Source: Neoechinorhynchus agilis (Eukaryota; Animalia; Acanthocephala). Taken from it: a stretch of 64,000 bases of DNA. Made by a program: the position numbers and the translations under genes. Positions 46,183 through 58,060 of this stretch are shown one piece after another (the stretch's first letter is position 1; each line of letters starts with the position of its first letter). The notes below the pieces were generated by a model. The model was not told where the DNA came from. It saw only the letters and a program-made list of their open reading frames with translations, and did not search any database. The stretch is taken from contig CM121342.1 in assembly GCA_051530055.1 (NCBI GenBank), forward strand, positions 10,245,480 to 10,309,479, in the 5' to 3' direction.

Positions 46183-49179
46183 ATGATCTCAGGCAATGAG
46201 TCCAAGGATAGCGACTATATCGAGTCTCCAAATGAGGAACTTCCAAAACATACCTTACATGTTCTGGCACATCGAAAGATATTTCAATCTACACTCGTGA
46301 GACTTGGACGTTGTTCATTTCCTGAACTTGTATATTGTTCAGCTCTTGACTCAATAATTATAAGTTCCAAAAATTCAATCTGCGTTTTAAACTACAGACC
46401 GACATATTCACACCGGCATGATTTTTCTCAACTACAATTAATTCAAATCAGTACCAGTAAGCAAGTTCCTTTAAAGACTCAAAAAAAGCAAAAGGATCTT
46501 TGCACTTGTACACAAAGGTTGCGGTTGTTTTAAATTAACCTGAAACCATATAGGATTTTAATTGGGGTATTTTTAAATTTTAACTCGGTTTTAACTTGAT
46601 TTTGTATTCGAATATTTTCATTTTAAAGCCACAAGTTTTTAAAATATGTGTTGCTTAAATTCGTCGATAATTGTAGACTTTTCTTGAATACAATCATTCT
46701 GAAATACTAGTGTATTATTTTAGTTCGTCACATAAAAATAATTTAAGAAATCCTTTTTCTTTTCTAGGATTGAATAAAAAACTTCAAAATATTGATTTTT
46801 TTAAATCCATCTATTTTTTAATTTCATCTAAGACTTAATTTAACATGAACATTTGCTAAAACAAAATAAAATAAGAAAAATCTGGTTCTCTTCATTTTGA
46901 AATAAAACGGAGATTAAAATGATACAAAATAAATATTGCTTCTATTTGGATATTTTAGTGGATTTTTTTAAATCAATTAAATTTACTAAAAGTTACAAGT
47001 TTCTGAAGATAACGTTCTGTGGAGCCACGGTTTTCCTCATTTTTTCATAAAGGCATAAAAAGAAATAGTAAAACGGGTCATGATTTTATTATTTAAGGCA
47101 AATGCTTTGGGTTTTTTTAAATGAGCGAAGCCTTTGATTTAAAGTGCCTCAGTACATTTACCAAATTCTATCGATGAGTGGAACAAACGATGAATCACTT
47201 AAAGTTTGTGCATGTGACCGTTCATTTGGACTGAGCAATGGAAATCCAGGAGATCTTGTTCCTGTCATAATATGGAACTCGTCAATTACACGAGTATATC
47301 AGATGAGCAGACGTCGTTTGTGTATGGTTAAAGTTGGGATGGGAAAGCACGATTTCGGAACATACGGCGAGTTAACCGATTATATTGATTTGCGAGAATG
47401 CTGGGACTTGCACATACAGAACAAAGATGGTATTTCCAAAGGAAAGGATTATTTTACTTATTTACAGAAACTTCGCACTACTCATGCTGTATGGTCTAAA
47501 AGGCTTATGAGCGGCTTTAGTTACGTGAGGAGGAAATATTTCTTTAAAACGTAATCAACAGCCTCTTTAGAAGGCGAAAATGCATTTTCTATGAACCTTT
47601 ACGTGGCTCAGGCAACCGGACATATAGTTTGCTGGCAAATCACATCACTTCGAGGCGATGAATACTTACTTAAAATTCATGCAGTTCTTAATGATTTATT
47701 TGAACCGATCGAACCGATGAACTTATGCACCTTGAACGTAATAGAAAATTCGCAAGCGAGAAGCATCATTGTAGCAGGACGCTTTGACGGCGTCGTCGGT
47801 ACATTCGATTATTCGCTCGATAATTGTCAGATAATCAATTTTAAACTGCTAAGGAACTTTGGAGTCCAACCAGTGATGCATGTAACTTGGTTAGATCAAC
47901 CGGAAGAGACAAACAGCTTGATCTTATATTTATGCAGACAAACGCAAGTGGACATTGTGACCTTGTGTTTAAACGATTTAAGTGTTATCGCCAGTAGATC
48001 AGTGAACACTCCAATTCCAATGATGTCATATGCAAGTTCCCAAAAGGCCAAATATATGTTCTCAACTGATATCCATTACAATATACGATTTGAAGAATTA
48101 AGTGATTTATCCGGGGATTTCAAAATCTTTTGCAAATCTAACACTGATGATCGGGACACTGGAACGTGTTTGGCAATCAATACGATGGTTAGGGGATTAT
48201 CGGTCAGTACAAGTGGCTCCTTCGTTTATTGTGTTGCTTTTTACCCATTATGCGAGAAAAGCATTTTTATCATCCTTTGGCTAGATAATAACTATATTTT
48301 AAAAGGTAACCAAATTCTGTGAGTCGAATACACGATCGATTTAAACAAAATGTTAGATAAAATGAAATACTGCACGTGCTAATTATATAACCATTGCTTT
48401 TCTTGTCAAAAAGCATTTTTAGAGTCTTATGTAAAAGATCATTTTCTTCTTTGAGTCTTTAAAATTTTAAATACAAAATGCTTTTTATAGGCAGCTCTCA
48501 CCGCATGAAACCGGATCATAAAATATCCGTATACCATGTCGACAAATTCAGTATGTTTGATCGTAAATGTACGATTGGAAATTCTGATCTACTTTTAAGT
48601 ACTCGCCTTCTGTTGCGATTAAAAGCTCCATTTATGGAAGTGGCGTTATCTAGAGCCAACAAAACCTTAAACGCGAACACTTCCGATATTCGACAAATCG
48701 CTATGTCGCGGCAAATTTTGATAGCCGCTTCCCTTGAATTGGCCGATCGTCGATTGAGTATTGACAATGTTAAAAATTTAGAGAACAAACTACAAAAAAT
48801 GCTCATTAAAGCGCACGCTCGTCGTCTAATCGAATATTTAAATTCCTTCGATAAGCTAACAGAAGATGAAGTGCTGATACAGAAAACGGCCAAATGCTTC
48901 ACCGAACAATCAGAATGCCCCTTGCCGTGTTCCGTTTGTGGAAGTGAACTTTTGGTAAATGATAATGCCAATGAAACCGATATCGTTTATCGATGTAAGA
49001 ACAAACCCAATCATGAATTCGCTGTATGTTCGCATTCTCTATTGCCTGTCAGTCCACTAAGTACCGAACGTTGCGTCTTATGCCTGGGATGCACTTTCAA
49101 TGGAGACGTGAAGCAAGTTCCTCGAATGAAAAAGTTCCTCTATGCGCCATGCATACTTTGCAATTACTCATTTTCGTAA
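46183..49179 (+). CDS. GTF3C4: TFIIIC 90-kDa subunit-like (WD40-type region + C-terminal zinc finger); exons about 46183-46456, 47145-47519, 47562-48305, 48491-49179
   Basis: Phase-compatible GT-AG introns give 2082 nt in frame; beta-rich WD-like segments; C-terminal CSVC...C..H.F..CSHSL...RCVLC...CILC pattern. The second intron has a weak donor. Confidence 0.65.
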
Positions 49180-49379
49180 TAAAAAGAACTGATTATTTGG
49201 ATGCGATCGCCGTTGCATTATTGTCCCTTACTACAAAGACAATTTGTTATCTTCAATATTGTCTGAAAATTCAATAAATCAATTAATGAACGATAAGCCA
49301 TTCCCGATTTATCCTATTTCTTGCAGATGACCGAATACAGATCAATGGAAATATCTGCTAAGTAGCGACATCGAATGCC

Positions 49380-50260
49380 ATAATTTACATGAATCCTCCT
49401 GTTCACTCCGTTTGCCATTTTGCTTTCGGAAGACCGAATATAATTAAGCGATAATCTCGCATTAGAAGTAACCAAAATATGCACTCGTAATTAACTCTGA
49501 TGAGATAAAATGCCACCATAGGAATAAATTTTCCACGAAAATCGGTTCTCCTCATTGCCTCAGATAAGCTATTTTTGTCCCTCCTCAAAGCGGCAATATC
49601 AGCTTAGAAATTATGAAATAAGGCTTGCAGAATTCACTCCGATAAAATTGAACGCCATGATTAAAAGAATCCGTCTTTACACGCGGTTTGGCTGCACTTT
49701 TTTTGAAAACCAAGGTTAATCAAGTTCGCATACCGAAATATCGGCAAAGAAGCGGCAAAATTAAATCGCTCGTGGGATTATCTCAGAAGTGGTTAAATTA
49801 GGAACACAGAATTCATTACGATGAAATCAAATGCCAATATAAAATGGATCTGCTTCGGAACGCGATTTCTCATCCTTTTTCCGATGAATTGCTTCGACTT
49901 CCGATGACGAAAATATCGGCTTAGAAGTGCGAATCAAAACACTTCGATGAAACCGAATGCCGTGATAAAATCAATTTCTCATTGCACTCAATCTCTTCTC
50001 ACTTTTTCCTTTTAGCGAAGTTTAGTGAACTTCCCATTACGAAAATATCATCTTAGAAGTTACGAAGTTGAGCTCGCGGAATTCACTTCGTTGAAACCGA
50101 TTGCGACTTTAAAATTAATGTTCATCGGCGCACGATTTCTCATTTTTTTTGTGATGACTGAATTTAGGAAAGTTACGAAATAAGAGTTTCGATGTTAACT
50201 AATATAAACTGGATTACCATGAAAAAAAGGAATTTTTTCCATAACGCGATTTCTCCTGAT
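49380..50260 (+). repeat. Degenerate ~135-140-bp tandem repeat family
   Basis: Recurrent atatcggcttagaagttacgaaatt..gctcgcggaattcactc and aaatcgaatgcc.tgataaaat motifs. Confidence 0.7.
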
Positions 50261-51100
50261 TTTTTTCCTGCCGACTAGCGGCGTCATTTTAAGCGCATTT
50301 ATTCTGATCTACATGAAAAATTGTCTTCATCTTTTCGACAAAATATTGAGCTACCCAAATGTTCTCGTTCTAAAAAATAAGTCTAAAGTGTTTATTCGAA
50401 GCATTTATTTTTGTTAAAAACAATTTATTTTTACCCTATGTCTGGCTATTAATTACAAAAGAGAAATCGTATTGAAACACCTAATGACTATCATATTCTA
50501 AAGATTTTCAAAATAAATATCGATTAAACAAATTTAATATTCTTGCCTTTAATCGAATATTTTAAACTCGGTTAAAACTACGATGTCAGGTTTTCGTTCT
50601 TTAGAAGTTCCTTAAAGACGAAATGCATGGTTCTCCAGATATCAACACTGGATAACAAAGGATCGATGAAATTATCCATCTGTCCTATTATAAGAAGCGT
50701 GAGCCGTTTCGGTTTTGGATCCGACGGATATGACGACAATTATAAATATTTGTGCGATGCAAAAAGTGTCGATCAATGGTATCAATGAAAAGAGTTTTCA
50801 AAATCAAATTCTAGTTCTCTGTATGTGTCGAAGAGATCAAAATAAATCTTGTAATAAAAGTGGTGCCGATGATAATGGTTACTCTTGATCACTTACTCGG
50901 TAGGCTTCTAAAGAGATACTAAAGGAGACACTATTCATAATCAAACTTATTCACGCTTGCGCTTCAAAGCTCGTTTGAACGAATACTCCTTCCAATCTCT
51001 ACCGTAAAAGCTAAAAATGCGATGACGATGGTACACTCACTTTGAGTATTTAATACCAAGATTTTCGTGAGTGTGAAAATTTTGTGAATCACATCCGCAA

Positions 51101-53053
51101 ATGCTCAAAAATCTTAGAGCTTCAATGCATTTCCTTTTATTCATATCGACTGTTTCAACATTAACTCATGGAAATCGATTTTTCAGTTCCGTTCCTAGAG
51201 TCAAACATGTTGTTATACCTTATAAAGAAACACACACATTTGGTGAGGTTGTTTGTTCATTTCCATTAAAAGGCTGGCGAGATTTCGGAAGACCAATTAT
51301 TGAACCTGCAATTACTATCAACGGCATATCCTTTGAACAAATATTGGGTAACGCTGCAAAAAACTTTCAGGGTGCTCAAGATGTTGACATACAGTGCAAG
51401 AATAGTTATGGACCAAATCGAAAATTGACGAAACCAATGATAAGCAAATTAAGACACATTAATAGTCTACGGATTTCAAATGCCGGGTTCATAGAAGTTG
51501 AAAATGGCGCATTCGAAGGATTTGATTACTTGACTAAACTCGACTTGTCGTTTAACGAATTAATATCGATCAATGAGATTCTCAGTAGACATTTACCACG
51601 GTTGCAATCTTTGATTCTTGCCCATAACAAATTGGATTACCGAAGTCTTATTGTAATGGAAAATATGACAAATTTAAGACGCGTTGACCTTTCTTACAAC
51701 TCAATTCAAAGCCTAACTTTGCCGAAAAATGACTTCTGGGAAAATTTACAATGGAACGAAATTCGATTCCACGGTAATCCATCGAGGAAAATTAATTTGA
51801 ACCGTATTGGTCTACTTATGAAATTAAGAGTACTCGAAATTTCGTGGGATGCCGAATTGGAATACATTTTCCGAGAAAAATTTAGGTCTTGTAATTTACG
51901 AAAACTTATCGTACACGGTGGAACGACTCAATATTTGAGCTTGAACAATTTTTACTGGATTTCAGACGTTGCGCATCTTGACATTTTGGAAGGAAGTTTA
52001 AAGTCAGTTCCTACTGGAAATGAAAAAACGAACACTTTGGTCAAATCTTTGTCCTTATCAAGAAACCAAATCATGATTATTCATAATGCAGATTTTCAAA
52101 CGTGGACAAGTTTGGAACGATTGAATCTTTCATTTAATGATATTAAGTACATCTTTGAAAATGCTTTTTCTTTGCTAAAAAACCTGACCGACTTGTCTCT
52201 CGATGGAAACAAACTGTCCAGCTTTAACGAAAACATTCTTAAATACAACCTTCTATTAAGACGTTTCTCCATCTCTCAAAATGGCATAGTGAGTTTACCT
52301 CCGAATTTATTTAGTAACGTTGAATTCCTTGATTATTTCAATCTGCCTTCAAATAAACTACGAAACTTGGACATAAATGACTTACCTCAAAACTTATTTT
52401 GGCACTTAATTGTGAGCGATAATCCTTTAAATTTTATCTTTTTGAATAAATCGCAGAGCAATTACACTTACATGGAGCTTGCTCACCTCTCAGAATTTAT
52501 TCCTGTTCCTACTCGAGAATCCTTAAGTGCCTATGTTCCATTCAGCGATCAAAAGAAATCGACGAAAGTGGCTGTGGTTACAGGGAGAAACCTCACGAAA
52601 ATTCGGTACGTTGACAAATTCATCAAGAGGCAGAAGATGGTCTCCCTGGATATTAGTCAAAATGATATATCGATTATAGACAATGAAGACTTTACCTCGT
52701 TTCCTCGCCTCCAATTTCTTTGCCTTCAATTTAATAAAATCCGGGAAATTACTCCGTATTCATTCATTAATTGCAATTCAATGAAAATGCTCGATCTCGC
52801 TCACAATCGGTTGAAGGACCTCAATGCCATGGACGTGTTTTTCGGTCTCGATCATTTAATTTCCCTTAATCTTGCTTATAATGAACTTCACAAACTTCCG
52901 TACAACGCTTTTAATAACCTACGAAACATACGATTACTAAATATCTCCCATAATCCCATTCGACATATATTTCTTCGGCCTTTGATGGAAAGTGCAACAT
53001 TAACTCATCTTTGTGTTAGCAACACAAATATTCAAAGTATATTTAACATGTGA
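51101..53053 (+). CDS. Extracellular leucine-rich-repeat protein (Toll/SLIT-like ectodomain); C-terminus possibly incomplete
   Basis: Signal peptide; many LxxLxLSxNxL repeats (LTKLDLSFNEL, LERLNLSFNDI, LISLNLAYNEL); ORF stops inside a repeat with no LRRCT, TM or TIR seen. Confidence 0.88.
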   Translation: MLKNLRASMHFLLFISTVSTLTHGNRFFSSVPRVKHVVIPYKETHTFGEVVCSFPLKGWRDFGRPIIEPAITINGISFEQILGNAAKNFQGAQDVDIQCKNSYGPNRKLTKPMISKLRHINSLRISNAGFIEVENGAFEGFDYLTKLDLSFNELISINEILSRHLPRLQSLILAHNKLDYRSLIVMENMTNLRRVDLSYNSIQSLTLPKNDFWENLQWNEIRFHGNPSRKINLNRIGLLMKLRVLEISWDAELEYIFREKFRSCNLRKLIVHGGTTQYLSLNNFYWISDVAHLDILEGSLKSVPTGNEKTNTLVKSLSLSRNQIMIIHNADFQTWTSLERLNLSFNDIKYIFENAFSLLKNLTDLSLDGNKLSSFNENILKYNLLLRRFSISQNGIVSLPPNLFSNVEFLDYFNLPSNKLRNLDINDLPQNLFWHLIVSDNPLNFIFLNKSQSNYTYMELAHLSEFIPVPTRESLSAYVPFSDQKKSTKVAVVTGRNLTKIRYVDKFIKRQKMVSLDISQNDISIIDNEDFTSFPRLQFLCLQFNKIREITPYSFINCNSMKMLDLAHNRLKDLNAMDVFFGLDHLISLNLAYNELHKLPYNAFNNLRNIRLLNISHNPIRHIFLRPLMESATLTHLCVSNTNIQSIFNM

Positions 53054-53849
53054 AATGGTAATTTGGAACGATGGAAAAGTAAATTATGGTACTTAGAAAA
53101 ATAAATTGTTTTTCTAAAGAAGTGTAATTCTGTTACTCAATATCACAAGCGACTCGAATAAAAAACACAAATGCTCAAAAATAAACTATATTCAAACAAA
53201 CGTGTTCCAAAGAGTCGTATTTGAAAAACGCTATTTACAACTTTTAAATCTAATCAAATCAGATTGAACAAAAAATTGATATTTTCGGTGTTTTTAGGAC
53301 ACACTGAGAAAATACTCCATAGAAGTTAGTAGTCGCCTGCCCCATGGGCTCATAGAGTAAAATATAATGTGATTGTTAAAGGACCAAAAACTCCAATTCA
53401 GACCCTTTTCGATTAATGTCCCAGTGCTCGGAATTGTGTTCGAACAATATTTCTCTCTTTCTTATTATATACAAATACGAAAACTTGGAATTGTCTTCGC
53501 CTAGATCGTGCCAATACTATTTGGAAAATAAAGGCTTTTTATATACTTCGTATGTTTAGCAATTTCGAAATAAGCGATCCAAGGTTTCACAAATCTACAT
53601 TTGGGCCAATGCTTAAAAAAGTACCTAAGATGAAACTGCAATAAACTATTCGCGCTTAATGTTTTGGGTTTTATAATATCGTCAAAAATCTTGAGATCGC
53701 TAACCGAAATTCCATGGCTGTCTGCTTTCGCATTATTTTACTATTGATTCGATTGCGAATTATTTGGACTAAATGCATCAACATAAAAAAACTAAAAGGC
53801 CACAATCCACTTACAATTTCGGTATTACTGTCTTAGAAGATAGAAATTT

Positions 53850-55130
53850 AAATCGCGAGATTCACTCTGATTCAATAAAACGTCACTGAATTATTCCACA
53901 TTTTTCGATGACTAAATTTAGTTCACTTCCCATTACTAAAATATCGACAAAGAAGCATTGAAATTAGACATGCAGAATTTACTCCTTTAAAATAAAATTA
54001 CATGACAAAATGAATATATCCCTAACTGAATTATTCCTACTTTTTTGATGACCGAATTTAGTCAACTTTCCACCGAGGAAATATCGACTTAGAAGTTACG
54101 AAATTAGGCTCGAGATGCGCTTTTTGATGATATAACATTTCATGATAAAATTAAACTTCCTTATTACGACGTATCTCCTCCTTGTTCTCAAGTTAAAGAT
54201 GTATAGTAACTACAGTAGATTAAAAATCATTAAAATTTTCTAGACGAATTATCTCGTGATTAAATTATTTTTAGTTGACACTTGGGCAGGCTGTTGTAGT
54301 GATAAAGAAAATCTTTATTTCCGAGTTTTCACCGTCTTACCGCCTAGAGATGTGAAGTTTGTGTTAAAGTTGCGACATTGAAGTGTGAAAAGTTCGTCCC
54401 GCTTTTGAGCAGTTCTATGGCCTTATCTAGATGATGCCCAGAACTCTCCCAAAAAATTCCGAGCCGATATTTCGTGGGAAGTTAACGAAATTAGGTCATA
54501 GGAGTAATTGCGGCCAAACCGCATGCCGATGCATATAAATTTTATCATTGCATTAGATTTAATCGGAGTGAATTCCGCGAGTTCAACTTCGTATCTTCTA
54601 AACCAATATTTCTTGACTGTTAAGTTGAAAAAATTCAGTCATCGCGAAAAAAAGTAGGAGAAATCTCATGCCGTGGACGATTCATTTGATCTCGGCATTC
54701 AATTTAATCGTAGGGAATTCCGCCAACCTAATTTCGCTTCTTCGACGATATTTAAGGCATGCGAAGTCAATTAACCTTGCTTATCGAAAAAACTGCAGGC
54801 GGATTCTTTTAATCATGGCATCCGATTTCATCAGAGTGAATCTATCGAATCTTATTTCATCCTTATAAGTCAATATTTCCGTATTGGGAAAGGGACTAAA
54901 ACTCGGTCATTCAAAGGAACGAGAAGAAATCGCGCACCGAATCAGGCTCATTTTACAGCAGCATTCAAGTTAGTCGGATATTTCCGGCATCAGAAGTTGA
55001 CTAACCTTGGTAATCCAAAAATTGCAGTCAAATAGTGTATCGAGTCACATTCATTTTACAGCGGCATTCGATTTCATCGGAGTGAATTAATCGAGCCTAA
55101 TTTCGTTAGTTGTTCGATGATATTTTCGTT
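53850..55130. repeat. Same degenerate repeat family: plus orientation 53850-54180, inverted 54460-55130 (further inverted copies ~56760-56950 and ~59280-59560)
   Basis: ttagaagttacgaaattaggctcg at ~54089 versus ttcgtatcttctaa and ggagtgaattccgcgag on the opposite strand. Confidence 0.65.
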
Positions 55131-55284
55131 ATGGGAAGGCTTCACGCCAAAGGTTTTTCGGTTTTGAGCAATGATCTGCTACTGGTCTTAGTATTCCAGT
55201 TCTTCTTCGAACACAAAACAGGACAGATAAAAACGGACCAGAAGCAACATTAGTGAAGTTATTGGGTGCTGGACCATCATAGTA

Positions 55285-56082
55285 TGCATTAGTGAGGTTC
55301 CATAACATGCCAGAAATCTTTTCTTCTAACCGAGAAAAGTTCTTGTTGTTGGTCAATGAGTCCGAGTTGTATTGCGCGATATCGCGGATTCACAATCTCA
55401 CAGCTAATCAATTCCATCCGTTGATCAAAATCCAATTCTGGTCCTGCTGGTTGACCAATAAATGCCAATAAGTCGTATATTAAATACTTATGAACTGCTT
55501 TTTAATTCACGATATCGGTCACCATTTCTGCATCTACCAAAGTCCCTGAAAGATGTTCACTGGAACTTGTAGACGATACAAACAAAAGATTATGTATTGC
55601 GAATTCATTTTGATTTTTTATAAGAACCAGGAATCGTTTATCGTCAAATTTCCATCCCATGCCATAATCCAATTGCTGAAGATCCACATTATGTTTCGTA
55701 AAGTCACTGAAACTGGCTGATTACCGATATGAATCCATTACCAAATGTCTCGGGCTAATTTCCTCAATCTTTTCTTCATCTCGGTGATAAATTAGAGGTA
55801 AAACATTGGGAACATCAAAAGCAAATTCATCGGGCGAATCGCAGTCGCGACCCTCCATATCGTCTTCATTGTTTGCATCTCGTTTTTTACCCAAAGCTTT
55901 ATAATGATTTGAAGGATACATCGATCCTAGACCATGAATATAATCTCGTTTATTAAATCCCCTTAAGCAGCTTCTCGGAAATACTAAAAGGGCGTCATAC
56001 AACTTCATTCGACTGTGTTCAACCAAATAAGCAATCACTTAGAATCCATATCGATTGTAACCTTGAGTGCAATGGACACCTT
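55285..56082 (-). pseudogene. RNGTT: mRNA capping enzyme pseudogene (triphosphatase end + guanylyltransferase N-part)
   Basis: GVHCTQGYNRYGF*VIAYLVE, GNQPVS, WKFDDKRF (degenerate KxDG), HLSGTLVDAEMVTD, YLIYDLLAFIGQP...DFDQRMELISCEIVNPRY...LIDQQQELFSVRRKDF; in-frame stop at 56039-56041, frameshifts and a ~10-aa deletion. Confidence 0.85.
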
Positions 56083-56084
56083 CC

Positions 56085-56740
56085 TCACCTACGCTTACCC
56101 CGTATTTTGCAACCTTTCCAAATTGCTAATCCGTCATCTTGAAATTCTTCACAAGCGCATCTAAAATTTGCACAACTTACTTTCCCCCTCTCACCGAATG
56201 CTCGCTCCCTCTTCACACGAGCACAACACTCGTAATCCTAATTCGTTTCATCCTACCTCGCACCTCCCTACACCTACGCTCCTTTTCCCATGCTGCCCAT
56301 AATTTCTCTGGGATATCATAAATTAAAATGAACCAGAGGAAAGATCAACCTTACAAGCGCTCCTGTAAGCAATAAACACCAATTCAAACCAGGACCCTCC
56401 AACCCAACCGGATATTCTCAATCGAACGGACACTTGCTCACCAGAACGAACCGTCACCGACTGGATAGTTCCCACCCGAATAGGCACGAGCAGATATTAA
56501 AACCCGAACTGACATCCCTCGACTGCATATTCCCATATTAACGGATGGCGACCCGAAGGTACATGGGTCCTCCTAACCTTTTGTATTTTCAACCACCAAC
56601 CTTCCTAACCTGATTGGATATTTCCCCGCCCGATCGGACCTGTTATAGACTCCAAAATCAACTGCCACATTCATTTTAAAAAAATCAGAACTCTAGTGTT
56701 CGTGAGGACCCAAAGGTACATGGGTTCTATTCTTTTTGCC
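56085..56740 (+). mobile_element. L2/CR1-group LINE 3' fragment abutting the 5' break of the RNGTT pseudogene
   Basis: caagcgctcctgtaagcaataaacaccaattc...gaaccgtcacc..ctggatagttcc matches the reverse complement of 2250-2465. Confidence 0.75.
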
Positions 56741-57216
56741 TTAATAAAACGTTCATAACTAAGCCGATATTTCTTTTATGGTAAGTAGACTAAATTTAGT
56801 CATCAGAAAAATCAGGAGAAATTGCAAGGAGGGTTAAGATTAATTTTATAAAGGCGTTCAATATCATCAAAGTTAATTTCTTGAGCCTTATTTCATCAAT
56901 TTTGAGCCAATATTTCCGTAATGGGGAGTGGATTGAATTCCACAATAAAAAATCGCGTTTGTCATCTTCGTACTAATCTTACGAATGTAAGTTCGGGTAT
57001 TAAATGCAATGTTTGAAAATAATGTTAATCTGAAATGATAATGAAGAGTAAACATCTTTGCGATATATTTCCACTTGTTCCTATTGAAAAAGCCAAGAAG
57101 GCGAACTATAAATCTTACTTTTCAAAGTTGCGAATGGGTTGTTGCGTTTAAGCTGTTCTTTTTTCGAAAACATTTGTTATTCATCAAAAAACTTCTTTAT
57201 TTTTGTGTTAAATATT

Positions 57217-57699
57217 TCAGAAAATCCGGCAAACGTTTTCCCTTTTGGTTACAATCGACTGCTTGACTCTACGTTCTAAAATGTTTTTCCAATGAGGTTT
57301 TAGTTTCTGTTGCAGTTCATAAAGACTGTAATCCCATAAAGATGGAATATAAGAACTTGCTACATTAAAAGCGCCACTATAAAGCTTCTGATTTGGATCG
57401 ACAATATAGACAATATAATCACTGCATCCAGTTGAAATTATGTAATCTATATTAATGCAGTATCTCGTTGGTTCCTTGTCTTGCCCAAGCTTCATTCGAA
57501 GACAATACATACGCTTAATCCTTAGCGGATCACCACATTGATCCACATTGCTGAATGGATCTCTTAAATTTTCCGCGACGACGTCGTAATCTAAACAACC
57601 ATTGTTCATCGTAGTAGAAGACGCAGATATCCGATTTGTATTTAGAACTGCTAAATCAACGAGCGATATGGTTCCAAGAATAAGAATTAGGTGAATCAT
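57217..57699 (-). CDS. Secreted cysteine-containing orphan protein, 160 aa
   Basis: Signal-peptide-like start, six Cys, uninterrupted ORF, ttatag 9 nt before the ATG. Confidence 0.55.
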   Translation of the reverse strand: MIHLILILGTISLVDLAVLNTNRISASSTTMNNGCLDYDVVAENLRDPFSNVDQCGDPLRIKRMYCLRMKLGQDKEPTRYCINIDYIISTGCSDYIVYIVDPNQKLYSGAFNVASSYIPSLWDYSLYELQQKLKPHWKNILERRVKQSIVTKRENVCRIF

Positions 57700-57749
57700 T
57701 GTTGTTTGCTATAACTTTTTCGGTATGTGGTGCGCCATTTTATATAGAA

Positions 57750-58060
57750 AATTTGTACTCGTTGAAGCTTAAGAAACTGTCAAGTCTATTTGGCTAGCGC
57801 ATATTTGGGTATTTGGACGAAAACTACGAAAATACCTTGAAGGATTCAAGACTTATGGTTGAAACTGACAGTCGCATTTTTGTTACATAGTGTGCTTTTT
57901 TCATCAAAAATTGTATTCGTTGAAGCTTAAAAAACGGTCAAGTTTGTTTGGCTAGTGCAAATTTGAGTCTTTGGACTGAAACGACGAAAATGCATTGAAG
58001 CATTCAAGACTTCTGGTCGAAACTGACAAAATGGCTTTGTCTTACAAAGACGCAACCTCT
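57750..58060. repeat. Tandem duplication of ~160 bp
   Basis: ttgta(c/t)tcgttgaagcttaa...tcaagt...tttggctag...ttcaagactt...gaaactgaca repeated at a 160-bp period. Confidence 0.85.

Noticed and set aside
47520-47561. In-frame TAA in the GTF3C4-like gene inside a TA-flanked 30-nt hairpin (ttacgt...acgtaa)
   Set aside because: Removing TA-to-TA leaves a stop. A 42-nt gttacg...caacag intron of the size seen in TIMM23 and NIP7 explains it. Left ambiguous and not counted.
48255-48490. Inverted aaaagcattttt / aaaatgctttt ends around the third GTF3C4-like intron
   Set aside because: Low-complexity AT-rich motif with a third copy inside; no symmetric TA; a phase-compatible gtaacc...ttatag intron exists.
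55700-55725. 18-nt GT-AG micro-intron joining ORFs 55721-56038 and 55502-55687
   Set aside because: The conserved GNQPVS motif lies in another frame across this spot, so the break is a pseudogene frameshift.
47552-56041. Stop-codon reassignment suggested by isolated in-frame TAA codons
   Set aside because: TAA terminates MARS1, NIP7 and CHEK1 normally; the internal cases are explained by a short intron and by RNGTT pseudogene decay.
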